The notes under the pieces were generated by a model. It made no database searches. It worked only from the letters and a program-made list of their open reading frames with translations, and was not told the DNA's origin. A stretch of 64,000 bases of DNA from an uncultured Clostridia bacterium (GTDB taxonomy: Bacteria > Bacillota > Clostridia > Christensenellales > UBA1242), in NCBI GenBank assembly GCA_934748015.1, contig CAKVHF010000005.1, forward strand, positions 21,707-85,706. The letters are read 5' to 3'. Positions 55,177 through 64,000 of the stretch are shown in pieces. Every line of letters begins with the position of its first letter. Positions within the stretch are counted from its first letter, which is position 1. A program made the translations under genes and the position numbers.

Positions 55177-55253
55177 TGGTGCACCATAAGGGAGTCGAAC
55201 CCCTAACCTTTGGTTCCGTAGACCAACGCTCTATCCAATTGCGCTAATGGTGC
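55177..55253 (-). tRNA. tRNA-Arg (anticodon ACG), CCA encoded
   Basis: 77 nt. Acceptor GCACCAT/ATGGTGC, anticodon stem TTGGT/ACCAA with loop CTACGGA, T-arm AGGGG-TTCGACT-CCCTT, terminal ACCA. Very similar to Bacillus tRNA-Arg-ACG. There is one G-A mismatch in the D stem. Confidence 0.9.
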
Positions 55254-55263
55254 ATATATTTTG

Positions 55264-55292
55264 ATTGTAACATATAAATAATAATTTTGCAA
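55264..55292 (-). promoter_or_regulatory. tRNA-Arg promoter (TTGCAA-N17-TACAAT)
   Basis: The -10 hexamer ends about 10 nt before the mature tRNA 5' end. Confidence 0.55.
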
Positions 55293-55535
55293 GGTACCAA
55301 AGGTTACCTTAAGAGATAATTGCTGTCAATGTTCATATATATTATTTACGGAGCATATTATAACACAAGCTTTACTTATTTTCAAGTTTTTTATGTGTTT
55401 TATTTTAATTTGTGAAAAAAAACATAATACATAAACCAAATAACTTATTATATCCTTGTGGCTGAAAATCGCCTATTGACATTTCGATATATAGCATGAT
55501 ACAATATGGTACTAAAAAATATGGAGGAAATATAG

Positions 55536-56228
55536 ATGAAAGCAGTATTCTTCGACTTCGATGGAACACTAACCAAAAATGGCTCTAATATATGGAAGGA
55601 TATATGGGTAGACTGTGGATACAGTACTAGCAAAGGATCATATTTCTCTCAACTATACAATGCATTCAACAGCGGATCTATCACTCACAAGCAATGGTGT
55701 GACCTAACATGTCAGGCTTTTGCAGAAGCCAACTTCAATATTGCAGATCTATACGACCTATCTTGCAAAATAAAGATAATAGATGGTGCAGAAGAAACAT
55801 TTAAAGCACTAAAAGATAATGGATATAGCCTGCATCTTGTTAGTGGCAATATTGTACCTGTTATGCGACAAGCTTTGGGCAAAAGTTCTAAATACTTTGA
55901 CTCTATTAACGGCAACGAAATGCAGTTTGACGAAAATGGCGACATATGTGCTATAGATAGCACTGACTATGACTACGAAGGCAAAGCAAAATTTATATCC
56001 GAATGGCAACAAAAAACTCATTGTGATCCAAAAGATCTACTATTCATCGGCAATGGTGAAAATGACGAATGGGTACACAAATCTGGTTGCAGAACACTAT
56101 GTATCAACCCAGACAACACAGACGATAGTGATCGCACTAAGTGGCATAATTCGTTAGGCAAAATCGATAACCTAACTGAGATCCTACCTCTATGCAATAT
56201 CAAAGACGATGTTATGGAAAACGAATAA
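55536..56228 (+). CDS. HAD-superfamily phosphatase (subfamily IB-like)
   Basis: MKAVFFDFDGTLT motif I, VSGN motif II, and GNGENDE motif IV region. Confidence 0.8.
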   Translation: MKAVFFDFDGTLTKNGSNIWKDIWVDCGYSTSKGSYFSQLYNAFNSGSITHKQWCDLTCQAFAEANFNIADLYDLSCKIKIIDGAEETFKALKDNGYSLHLVSGNIVPVMRQALGKSSKYFDSINGNEMQFDENGDICAIDSTDYDYEGKAKFISEWQQKTHCDPKDLLFIGNGENDEWVHKSGCRTLCINPDNTDDSDRTKWHNSLGKIDNLTEILPLCNIKDDVMENE

Positions 56229-56246
56229 CATTAATAGTACTATCTA

Positions 56247-56275
56247 ATACCGCAAAACAATGTGGTATTTTTTGT
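56247..56275 (+). terminator. intrinsic terminator after the HAD gene
   Basis: ATACCGCA / TGTGGTAT stem (one G-U pair) followed by T6. Confidence 0.6.
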
Positions 56276-56305
56276 TAAAACCAACAAAAAGACATAGTTG
56301 CAAAA

Positions 56306-56341
56306 TAAAATTTTCCCACATATTAATGTGGGATTTTTTTT
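56306..56341. terminator. second, stronger hairpin terminator (serves convergent genes)
   Basis: TCCCACAT-atta-ATGTGGGA followed by T8. Confidence 0.7.
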
Positions 56342-56382
56342 GTGATGCAATGTTGCAAAGGCTTAATTATTTCGTTACAATC

Positions 56383-56922
56383 TTACTTCAATCGCAAATC
56401 TTTGATTGACATAATATCAATGCCATAAATATCATTATAGATACTAACAACATCTAGATCGGTAACAGAATTGCGATCAATACCAAGAACTTCTATAACC
56501 CGATTGATTGTATCTATATTATCTGCTTCTATCTCTGCATATGTTGGTATCATTGGCCATGTGTCTATGGATATCTCTGCACCATTCAGTGTAAATATTT
56601 GTCGTAAATTCTCCTGCCTATTGCGATATCTATAACCCAGTTCGTTCAATATTCTATCTGTCTCCCAAAAGTCCGACACTTCTATTTCCAACTCTTTAAC
56701 ATTCATTTTGCTTTTGTCATTAAGTTGCTTAATAGTAAGGGTTGTTGTATGACCATTAGTCCTAAGCCTTATCCACTTATTATGATCTTTTGGGACAAAA
56801 TCATACACACATCTTATTTGTTTTACTTCCGGACATGTCTCCACACCGCCTGCACTGATTATCTTGTGTATTAGATCTTCACGATCCACGTTTAATACAG
56901 TAATCTCATTCTCTATCTTCAT
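56383..56922 (-). CDS. CYTH-domain protein (class IV adenylate cyclase / triphosphate tunnel metalloenzyme family)
   Basis: 179 aa. N-terminal beta-strand KIENEITVLNV aligns with the CYTH ExExK signature, but Thr replaces Lys. Later WIRLR..., ELEIEV and the length fit CyaB-like proteins. Confidence 0.65.
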   Translation of the reverse strand: MKIENEITVLNVDREDLIHKIISAGGVETCPEVKQIRCVYDFVPKDHNKWIRLRTNGHTTTLTIKQLNDKSKMNVKELEIEVSDFWETDRILNELGYRYRNRQENLRQIFTLNGAEISIDTWPMIPTYAEIEADNIDTINRVIEVLGIDRNSVTDLDVVSIYNDIYGIDIMSIKDLRLK

Positions 56923-57118
56923 CTTTTGTGCACCCCACTATTATTATCTGTACTATATTTTAACACAAATACCATTTATTTCAAAGCTGGTTGTTATACA
57001 ATATATACTTATATATTTGACTTTTGTGGCAAATATCAATATACTAGGCAAAAAAATAATAACTTGCAATCTATAATGCTAATATAGGCTGTATTGCTAT
57101 AAAAAAAGGAGTATTGTT

Positions 57119-57781
57119 ATGCAACCGGATATACAAAATCAGTACATTCAAGACAACTGCAAAAGCATTGTTAACTATATGTTATCAAAATTAAAAGCAT
57201 ATTCTCCTGAAACTTATAATCACAGCATAGATGTTGCAAAATACTCTCTTATTATCGGCAAGCAAGCGGGACTATCGCAAGAAGAACTAACCAAGTTATA
57301 CACAGCATCCACTCTGCATGATGTCGGCAAGTTAGTGATAGATCAAGATTTACTAGCCGAGAAATTTACTAGCCGTGAACAAAAGAGGATAATACAGTTG
57401 GGGCACATATATGGCACTAAGATGTTACTGGAAGGCAAGATTGATGACGACATATTTAATATAGCATATCATCATCACGAAAGGCTAAATGGAACCGGTT
57501 ATCCCCAAGGATTGCAGGCAGATGACTTAAGTGATATGGACAGAATATTGCAAGTAGCAGATGTTACAAGTGCTCTGACTATGAAGAGATCTTACAAGGA
57601 TGCTTATGACAAAGAATTGACTAACCAGATACTAGATGATACTGTTCAAAAAGGTGAACTTGATCCAAGATATGTCACAATTGCCGAAAAAGAGATTGTT
57701 GACAAAACAGACACACTAGATAGCGACAAAAATGGTAACGATAGAGAAAATACTATGTCTGAGACAATCGCATACATGTAG
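57119..57781 (+). CDS. stand-alone HD-GYP domain protein
   Basis: HSIDVA..., STLHDVGKL (HD) and HHHERLNGTGYPQGL (GYP) motifs. No receiver or sensor domain. Confidence 0.85.
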   Translation: MQPDIQNQYIQDNCKSIVNYMLSKLKAYSPETYNHSIDVAKYSLIIGKQAGLSQEELTKLYTASTLHDVGKLVIDQDLLAEKFTSREQKRIIQLGHIYGTKMLLEGKIDDDIFNIAYHHHERLNGTGYPQGLQADDLSDMDRILQVADVTSALTMKRSYKDAYDKELTNQILDDTVQKGELDPRYVTIAEKEIVDKTDTLDSDKNGNDRENTMSETIAYM

Positions 57782-57951
57782 ATAAAGCAAATTATTAAAC
57801 ATTATTCTATTAAGACAATATAATTTAGTAAACGACCTCCTATTATTTTTTTGTTATCTTTCCATAAAAATTATTAGACAGTTGTATAATTTCTTGACAT
57901 CTGTTGTGTTATTGTGCTATCTTAAAAGTACAATAACATGGGAGTAACATT

Positions 57952-58539
57952 ATGGAAAAAAAACACAAAGAAGATTTAAGAATACTTAGAACAAGAAAAA
58001 TGCTGAGTGAATCACTTATCAAGTTATTAGAAACAACATCCTATGACAAGATTAGCGTAATAGACATTTGCGATCGTGCTATGGTACATAGAGCAACATT
58101 CTACAATCACTTTGCAGACAAAGAGGATCTACTATCCTATGCAATAGATGGCATCAAAGAAGAACTGTACAGCCAGACTATTAAGAAAGAAAATTACACC
58201 AATAGCAAAGAAATGTATATGTCACTTATTTCACAACTGATAGACTTTGTTAATGATCACAAGACCACCCTACAATCTATCCTCAACAACAACAGCAAGG
58301 AACAGATATCCGAATTGTTGAACACGACTATCAAGCGCAGTCTAAGATATCTTAATAGCAAGAATAACTATGGTGAGAAAACAACCATCCCTAAGAATGT
58401 GCTTATTGATTTCTTCAGTGGTGGCATCACTAGTCTAGGTATCTGTTGGCTACAAGACCCAAGCCAATACACCAAAGAACAATTGTTGGAATACTTCAAT
58501 ATCTTGCTAGACGAAAGAATATATGTTTCGCATAATTAA
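57952..58539 (+). CDS. TetR/AcrR-family transcriptional regulator
   Basis: N-terminal HTH ..YDKISVIDICDRAMVHRATFYNHFADKEDLL. Confidence 0.85.
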   Translation: MEKKHKEDLRILRTRKMLSESLIKLLETTSYDKISVIDICDRAMVHRATFYNHFADKEDLLSYAIDGIKEELYSQTIKKENYTNSKEMYMSLISQLIDFVNDHKTTLQSILNNNSKEQISELLNTTIKRSLRYLNSKNNYGEKTTIPKNVLIDFFSGGITSLGICWLQDPSQYTKEQLLEYFNILLDERIYVSHN

Positions 58540-58828
58540 TGTATAATGTATGTAATAATTGAAATACTAATTAAAATTTTTTATTATATAGTGTTATATA
58601 ATTTTATTCATATCAAATATCCTGAATAGTTTATATATACTTTAATAAAAATATTTTGTGTATTATTTTATTGTTTATATTAAATATTGTATTAGATATT
58701 TATGACAACAATAATATATTTTCTGTCAATAACATATATTTATTGTCAAGAAAGTCAATAATTTACACTTTAAACAAAAAAGGCACACCTATATATAGAT
58801 ATATCTATAACAAAGTGTGTCTTATTTT

Positions 58829-59920
58829 TTATACTTGTGGTTTTATCTTTTCCCAAGGAAAAATATCTCTGCCGAAATGACCGTAGCAAGCAGTATCCTT
58901 GTAGATTGGTCTTAATAGATCCAGTTCTTTGATCATATTGTCTATGCTGAAATCGAAGTTACGTTCTACATATCTATATATCCCTTCCAACGCTATCTTT
59001 TCTGTTCCAAAGGTCTCAATATTGATAGAGATTGGCTTCTCCATTCCTATAGCAAAAGATAGTTCTACTTCGCACTTGTCGGCTAGTCCGTGGGCAACAA
59101 TATTCTTGGCAACATATCTAGCGTAGTAAGCACCAGATCTATCTACCTTGGTCGCATTCTTACTACTAAAGCATCCGCCTCCTACTCTGCCTACTCCACC
59201 ATAAGTATCCACAACTATCTTCCTTCCTACACAACCACTATCACCAAAAGAACCCCAAATCGTAAACTTGCCACTAGGATTGATTATGATCTTAATATCA
59301 TCAGTGACATATTGCCTGTATTTTGCCAAAACTACATCCACTACATTTGCTCTTATTAGTTCTACAATGTCCGCTCTATTTAGGCTATCCGCATGCGATA
59401 CAGAAATAAGTATTGTATCAATATATTGTGGCGTATTGCCCTCGTATGCGATTGTTGCTTGTCCCTTAGCATCTGCAAAGAAATCATTCCTTTCCCTTCG
59501 GAAGTTATCATATACCTGCATAAGGTCATGGGCGATCACAATAGGCAGTGGCATATACTGCTTAGTTTCATTAGTAGCATATCCATACACCATGCCTTGA
59601 TCGTTAGCACACAAATGGTCTTTAACAACTGCACCTCTTATATCTGGACTCTGTGTACTAATCTCCTTAATTATTGTAAAGTCGTTAGTGTATCCTATGT
59701 CTTTCAAGATCACTCTAGCAATAGCATCATAGTCAATAATTGCTCTTGTAGTTGCCTCGCCGTATATAAATAGTTTGTCGTCCTTGATCGCACACTCCAC
59801 AGCCATTTGGCTATCTGGATCGCTTGCAAGTGCTGTATCTAGAAACGCATCTGCTAGATAGTCGCAAGTTTTGTCTGGGTGTCCAATGTTAACACTCTCG
59901 CTGGTTATTAGTCTTATCAT
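58829..59920 (-). CDS. metK: S-adenosylmethionine synthetase
   Basis: TSESVNIGHPDKTCD, GDQGM-like NDQGMVYGYA, and GGGCFSSKNATKVDRSGAY motifs. Confidence 0.93.
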   Translation of the reverse strand: MIRLITSESVNIGHPDKTCDYLADAFLDTALASDPDSQMAVECAIKDDKLFIYGEATTRAIIDYDAIARVILKDIGYTNDFTIIKEISTQSPDIRGAVVKDHLCANDQGMVYGYATNETKQYMPLPIVIAHDLMQVYDNFRRERNDFFADAKGQATIAYEGNTPQYIDTILISVSHADSLNRADIVELIRANVVDVVLAKYRQYVTDDIKIIINPSGKFTIWGSFGDSGCVGRKIVVDTYGGVGRVGGGCFSSKNATKVDRSGAYYARYVAKNIVAHGLADKCEVELSFAIGMEKPISINIETFGTEKIALEGIYRYVERNFDFSIDNMIKELDLLRPIYKDTACYGHFGRDIFPWEKIKPQV

Positions 59921-59974
59921 TTTTGTTTTCCTTTTATTTCTATTATTTCCATTAAGTCTTTTTTAACCAGAAAT

Positions 59975-60012
59975 CAAAGAAAAAGATCCCATCGATAACC
60001 GACAGGATCTGT
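59975..60012 (-). terminator. expression-platform terminator of the SAM riboswitch
   Basis: AGATCC...GGGATCT followed by TTTTTCTTT on the minus strand. The ATCGATGGGA segment is duplicated in the aptamer 3' strand and in the terminator, consistent with alternative pairing. Confidence 0.7.
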
Positions 60013-60029
60013 ATTTTAGAGATATAAAA

Positions 60030-60125
60030 TATTTCCCATCGATCAGCCTTTAGCACCTTTGCCAATATGACAGGTTGCTGTGTGGTCATCGGGGCTGTCC
60101 CTCGCACACTCTTAATGGATATATT
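60030..60125 (-). promoter_or_regulatory. SAM-I (S-box) riboswitch aptamer upstream of metK
   Basis: The minus strand reads AAGAGUGUGCGAGGGACAGCCCCGAUGACCACACAGCAACC...AAGGUGCUAAAGGCUGAUCGAUGG. This matches the S-box core (GAGGGA, GCCC, GAUGA k-turn, GCAACC, GGUGCUAA). Confidence 0.85.
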
Positions 60126-60126
60126 T

Positions 60127-60156
60127 ATATTACAACAAAAGTTTATACAATGTAAA
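60127..60156 (-). promoter_or_regulatory. putative metK promoter (TTTACA-N18-TAATAT)
   Basis: Located just upstream of the aptamer P1 on the minus strand. Confidence 0.4.
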
Positions 60157-60192
60157 GGCTTTTGTGCTAAGTTATTATTTATTTTTCATTTA

Positions 60193-61074
60193 TTATTTGG
60201 TCAGAACATAATAGTCTGTAGTTGTATCACCAACAACACCGGTTTCGAAATAGAAATCTCTAACAAATGGCTTAAGGCTATATGATAACCCTTGGGCATC
60301 AGGTGTTCCGATCAAGATATTAACAAAAGTATCGCCCAAAGTCTTGTTGAATGCATCAACCGAATCAATCTGAATGAAATTTCGGAATGTCTTGAAAATA
60401 TCTGCAGTGTCCTCTTGTGACAAATTGTTGATACTCATGCCCTTGCTAGTTGTTGTGTAACTAAATTCATCCTCTCCATGTGCAATTGTCACCGTGCTAG
60501 ATACATATAGTTCTTTAGGTATCGCCTTGCTTAACCAATTAAGTGGAAACTTGTTCATATCCTCCTTAACCTTGGTCAAATCAACCTTAACAACAACATT
60601 GAAGTCTGCTTGATTGCGATCAATATATGTTAGATCCACTTGCACAACCCTAAAGCCATAATCTTTAAGATCTATCTCACCGCCCACATTTGCCTTAATT
60701 GTAGATAAACTATCAACAATGTATGCCATAAATGCACCTATCTGCTTGTCTGTCAATTTTAGTGGTCTGACATCGGTCATTATTTCCACCATTTTAGCCT
60801 CTGGGATAGTGTAAGAATTGGTCTCCGGATCAATCTCTATCAATTCTTTAGCATAAGCCATATCATCTGCCGTGTACTCGTTAGTCAGCAGTCGTTCCAA
60901 CTTAACTTCTTCGTTAAGTGTTTTGATCTGCTTGCCCACTGTAAATACATTGATCTGATATCTTATGTATAGAAATGCACATGCAATGCCCAGCAACACT
61001 GCAATAGAAAGCAGTGAACTAATGATCCATAGTATTAACCTTAGCCACAATGGTTTTTTAACTTTATCTGCCAT
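60193..61074 (-). CDS. TM-anchored hypothetical protein (distant paralogue of 52815-53609)
   Basis: MADKVKKPLWLRLILWIISSLLSIAVLLGIACAF anchor. Shared segments with 52815-53609 are listed in findings. Confidence 0.6.
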   Translation of the reverse strand: MADKVKKPLWLRLILWIISSLLSIAVLLGIACAFLYIRYQINVFTVGKQIKTLNEEVKLERLLTNEYTADDMAYAKELIEIDPETNSYTIPEAKMVEIMTDVRPLKLTDKQIGAFMAYIVDSLSTIKANVGGEIDLKDYGFRVVQVDLTYIDRNQADFNVVVKVDLTKVKEDMNKFPLNWLSKAIPKELYVSSTVTIAHGEDEFSYTTTSKGMSINNLSQEDTADIFKTFRNFIQIDSVDAFNKTLGDTFVNILIGTPDAQGLSYSLKPFVRDFYFETGVVGDTTTDYYVLTK

Positions 61075-61304
61075 TTTATTTACTCCATATTAACAAAATT
61101 TTTACTTTTAAATAGATTATCACATATTGCGTTTTTATCCCAAACGATATTGACATGTTGTTAATTATTGTAAATTATTAAAAGTTATAAACAAAATCTA
61201 ATCCTTTGCAACACACTACTATATTATACTTTTCCCGAAATTAAAGAATTAGCATTATGTAAAAAACAATTAGAGAATACTATTGGATATAATCAAACCT
61301 CAAA

Positions 61305-61333
61305 ATAAAAAAGCCGTAACTATTGTACGACTT
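61305..61333 (-). terminator. intrinsic terminator after 61351-61809
   Basis: AGTCGTA / TACGGCT stem (G-U only on the minus strand) followed by a U-run. Confidence 0.6.
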
Positions 61334-61350
61334 CCCTCTTCCGTTATTAA

Positions 61351-61809
61351 CTATTTAACAAATCTTTGTTCTACAAATATAAGTGCTGAACTAGCAAGCG
61401 TGCTAACAAACATAATAATGTTAGGTGCAAGCAATTTCAAAACAACTTTTCCTGCATCAGTATTCTTACTAATAACAAAACTTAGCGACATTGCAAATGA
61501 AAGTATGCTAAAGAACGCAACAATTATTGCACCCAAGCCTAGCCACTCATAGACTTTGCCTAATCCCTTAACACCGCACATCTGAAGAATTGCAAATATA
61601 AGCAATACAAACAATGTTACAAAAGTAATAATTGCAAATATATATGCTAATTTAGCCAATGCACCAGATGCCAAGATTGTATCAGGTTCACCCATTACAA
61701 AATAATATTCTTCCCCTAACAAAATCATATCATATTGGTTAAGAAATATCATAACAAAACCCACGATTGCTAGAGCAATTGCAGATATTTTAAAAATATT
61801 TTTTTTCAT
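61351..61809 (-). CDS. small polytopic membrane protein
   Basis: 152 aa with about 4 TM segments. GGAGGAAA SD. Confidence 0.6.
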   Translation of the reverse strand: MKKNIFKISAIALAIVGFVMIFLNQYDMILLGEEYYFVMGEPDTILASGALAKLAYIFAIITFVTLFVLLIFAILQMCGVKGLGKVYEWLGLGAIIVAFFSILSFAMSLSFVISKNTDAGKVVLKLLAPNIIMFVSTLASSALIFVEQRFVK

Positions 61810-61892
61810 AAAAATTTTTCCTCCACTTTTCTTACAATAATTGTATATGTTGTTGCCAAAGTTGTCAAATATAACAATGCAATTTTTGTTAT

Positions 61893-62564
61893 TTAATTAT
61901 TTGCCTCGACCACATCGTCCGATTTCTTTTGTTGTACATCAGTAAGTCCTTTTGCTTTGATAGGTCTTACTTTCTCTTTTGATTTTTTTCTCCCAAAACT
62001 AAGAAAACTGAATAGTAGCATTATAACTTGAACTGGGATAGCAATATACAGCAGTCCCCAAATATTGTGATTGAATGTCAAGCATATAGCAACAATCAAT
62101 GTCCATAGTAATATTGATGCTAGGGTGGAAATTTGCCATCTTTTGCCCCAAACACAAGCAAATACAAGTAAGACAATGACACTAGCGGGGATTGCGTAAA
62201 TAAATGCAAGCCATGCCTTAGTTATATCAGGAACTGCAAGTGTCAAGCACACAAATATAAGTGTTGCTAACACCCATGCACCACCTGCCGACATTATGGT
62301 TATAAGGATATGATTTTTGATTGTATCCTTAGGCTTATAGACAGGCTTAGCCTCCTCTGCACTGATCATATCATTAAGGGTAATGCCAAAGATCTTGCAC
62401 ATGTTGATAAGAACCACAACATCCGGGATTGCCTCCCCTCTCTCCCACTTGGATATAGACTTGTCCGAGAAACTTAGTTTCTCAGCAAGTTCGCTCTGTG
62501 TCAACTTTGCTTTCTTTCTATATTCTGCAATGTTTTTCGAAATTATTTTATTATAGTCTTCCAT
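61893..62564 (-). CDS. membrane-bound XRE-family transcriptional regulator (HTH plus about 4 TM)
   Basis: MEDYNKIISKNIAEYRKKAKLTQSELAEKLSFSDKSISKWERGEAIPD HTH followed by hydrophobic segments. Start set to ATG 62564. Confidence 0.75.
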   Translation of the reverse strand: MEDYNKIISKNIAEYRKKAKLTQSELAEKLSFSDKSISKWERGEAIPDVVVLINMCKIFGITLNDMISAEEAKPVYKPKDTIKNHILITIMSAGGAWVLATLIFVCLTLAVPDITKAWLAFIYAIPASVIVLLVFACVWGKRWQISTLASILLWTLIVAICLTFNHNIWGLLYIAIPVQVIMLLFSFLSFGRKKSKEKVRPIKAKGLTDVQQKKSDDVVEANN

Positions 62565-62883
62565 ATTTTGTATTATATCATATTGCTGGAAATTAACAAA
62601 TGTTTTTGGCGGGCATTGGAAATATATACGAAATTTTTGGCTAAGCAATTTGTTGAAATATGTCAAACAAAAACTCACCCCTACACCCGTATCTACTAAT
62701 AGTAGAGTGGCGTATTAGTCAATCTACAATATAGCAAATTAAGTGTAGAAAATAACAGTGTATAAGTAGGTAGACTAAAAGCGCACATTTGCAATATAGT
62801 AGTGTTAAGAAAACGAAGCAGAGCATAACACACAAGTTAATAACAATAAATAATCTAACTAATAACTTAAGGAAGGTGAAAAT

Positions 62884-63603
62884 ATGGAAAAATTACAAAA
62901 AAGCAAAATAACAATTTTTGGCGACTCTATCCCAAAAGGAATAATATCTGAAGATGGTCAAATTAAAACATTGGACGACTCAGCGGTAACAATTATTGCC
63001 AAAGAGTGCAATCTAGATATCACCAATCTATCATCGTATGGATTGACCCTATCCAAGGTGATCAATCGTAACTATATAGACAACTATATCGACAATATAG
63101 ATAGAACATGTGATAACATTGCTGTAATATCGCTAGGTGGCAACGACTCTGATTATGACTGGTGCAATGTTGCCAAAACCCCTAATGACTGGCATGACCC
63201 AAAGACCACACCAGATAGTTTCAGAGAAGGGCTAATAAATATTATTAAGAAATTACAATCTAACGGAGTAAAAGTTGTTATATCCAACATTGTGCCTATC
63301 AATAGCACCAGATATTATAACAATGTAATCGGCAAGATTGCTGATAAGGACAAGGTGCTAGAATTCTTGAAAGGTGACATAGACAATATATATCGACACC
63401 AAGAACTGTACAACCTAATAATAACCGATTGTGCTAGAGATAACAACTGTAGGATACTGGATATAAGAGAAGCTTTCCTATATTCCACCAACTATCTAGA
63501 TTATCTATGCCAAGACGGAATTCATCCCAACAGATTGGGACATAAAAAAATTGCTGAATCAGTGATTAAGCAATTAAAAAATAATGTAAATTATGTGATT
63601 TAA
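62884..63603 (+). CDS. SGNH/GDSL-family hydrolase
   Basis: ITIFGDSIPKG (block I Ser), SLGGND (block II), QDGIHPN (block V Asp/His). AAGGAAGG SD. Confidence 0.85.
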   Translation: MEKLQKSKITIFGDSIPKGIISEDGQIKTLDDSAVTIIAKECNLDITNLSSYGLTLSKVINRNYIDNYIDNIDRTCDNIAVISLGGNDSDYDWCNVAKTPNDWHDPKTTPDSFREGLINIIKKLQSNGVKVVISNIVPINSTRYYNNVIGKIADKDKVLEFLKGDIDNIYRHQELYNLIITDCARDNNCRILDIREAFLYSTNYLDYLCQDGIHPNRLGHKKIAESVIKQLKNNVNYVI

Positions 63604-63617
63604 TCTATGTATTGATA

Positions 63618-64000
63618 TTAAACCTCTACATCCGTTAGATCATTAGGGATATCATAACACATCTCTTCATCAATATTGGCATCGGTTACTTTTTCCCCCG
63701 TTATCTTCATATATTTGATATCAGCAGTTGCTAGCACTACGCCATCCATTGTCCTGATCTCAGCGACTGCCTCATAGGCTCTAGAAGTGTTAACGATTAT
63801 TCTGCCTACACCCTGCAACATTGTGTTGTATGGAACGGGTTTGCGGAACTTAACATCAATACTAGTGGTCACTGCATACATATTGGGATCGATAATCCAG
63901 TACACCCTGCCAGCAAGCTCGTCTAACATTGCAGTAATCATGCCACCATGTACACGTCCCGGATAACTCTGATGCTCTGGCTTAAATTGAAACCTAGTAT
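63618..64000 (-). CDS. PaaI-type hotdog-fold thioesterase, C-terminal part (gene continues past the right edge)
   Basis: Extending the frame upstream of the ORF-track Met gives ..EHQSYPGRVHGGMITAMLDELAG.., the PaaI/4HBT HGG motif. No start codon lies inside the window. Confidence 0.7.
   Translation of the reverse strand, partial: TRFQFKPEHQSYPGRVHGGMITAMLDELAGRVYWIIDPNMYAVTTSIDVKFRKPVPYNTMLQGVGRIIVNTSRAYEAVAEIRTMDGVVLATADIKYMKITGEKVTDANIDEEMCYDIPNDLTDVEV

Noticed and set aside
49432-55253. Integrated mobile element at the tRNA-Arg 3' end
   Set aside because: There are no integrase, recombinase, phage or conjugation genes, and by eye I could not find a direct repeat of the tRNA 3' end. It is kept only as a weak hypothesis in findings.
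58656-58880. 74-aa ORF in the very AT-rich spacer between the TetR gene and metK, and similar ORFs at 14-202, 1280-1525, 8710-8907, 22049-22237 and 61283-61552
   Set aside because: They have no SD, and their Ile/Asn/Tyr/Leu-rich translations are typical of random AT-rich frames. Several overlap real genes or terminators.
60067-60285. 72-aa plus-strand ORF
   Set aside because: It overlaps the SAM riboswitch aptamer and metK promoter on the opposite strand, and also the 3' end of 60193-61074. It has no SD.
1-64000. Alternative genetic code (for example TGA=Trp as in Mollicutes)
   Set aside because: All long housekeeping ORFs are intact under the standard code. TGA is used as a genuine stop, for example the spoVT stop at 3748-3750 overlapping the next start.

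Overview
AT-rich (about mid-30s %GC by eye) chromosomal segment of a Firmicutes-type bacterium. The standard genetic code applies: TGA, TAA and TAG are all used as stops. spoVT, spoVG, whiA, a SpoVB/MurJ-like flippase, murB and murC are present. I can support about 57 protein genes, one tRNA-Arg(ACG), one SAM-I riboswitch and many intrinsic terminators. There is no CRISPR array, transposase, integrase or prophage module. The backbone is housekeeping: pgk (partial), dusB, hup, rpsI-rplM, recD2-comFC, efp, whiA, murB, uvrC, prmC-prfA, rpmE, murC, spoVG, pyk, pfkA, dnaE and metK. Accessory material is interspersed. Four dispersed paralogous genes encode membrane-anchored BspA-type LRR surface proteins. 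A hipBA toxin-antitoxin pair has duplicated operators. A small accessory cluster lies between dnaE and the tRNA, and a CYTH / HD-GYP gene pair follows it. Most noteworthy in my reading are five things. (1) At the efp locus, EF-P sits next to homologues of two B. subtilis EF-P Lys32-modification genes (a YmfI-like SDR and YnbB) and next to a divergent EF-P paralogue that has lost the modified-lysine loop. (2) The surface-protein family has a shared uncharacterised N-terminal domain and C-terminal tail. (3) A compact, GC-rich, strand-specific structured RNA candidate lies between spoVG and an M20 peptidase gene. (4) An orphan promoter-to-terminator unit of about 230 nt lies downstream of rpsI. 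(5) Several odd repeats occur: a 16-unit array with 8-nt periodicity, a C10 tract upstream of a surface-protein gene, and twin near-identical terminator hairpins. All functional calls come from reading motifs in the translations. No database search was run.
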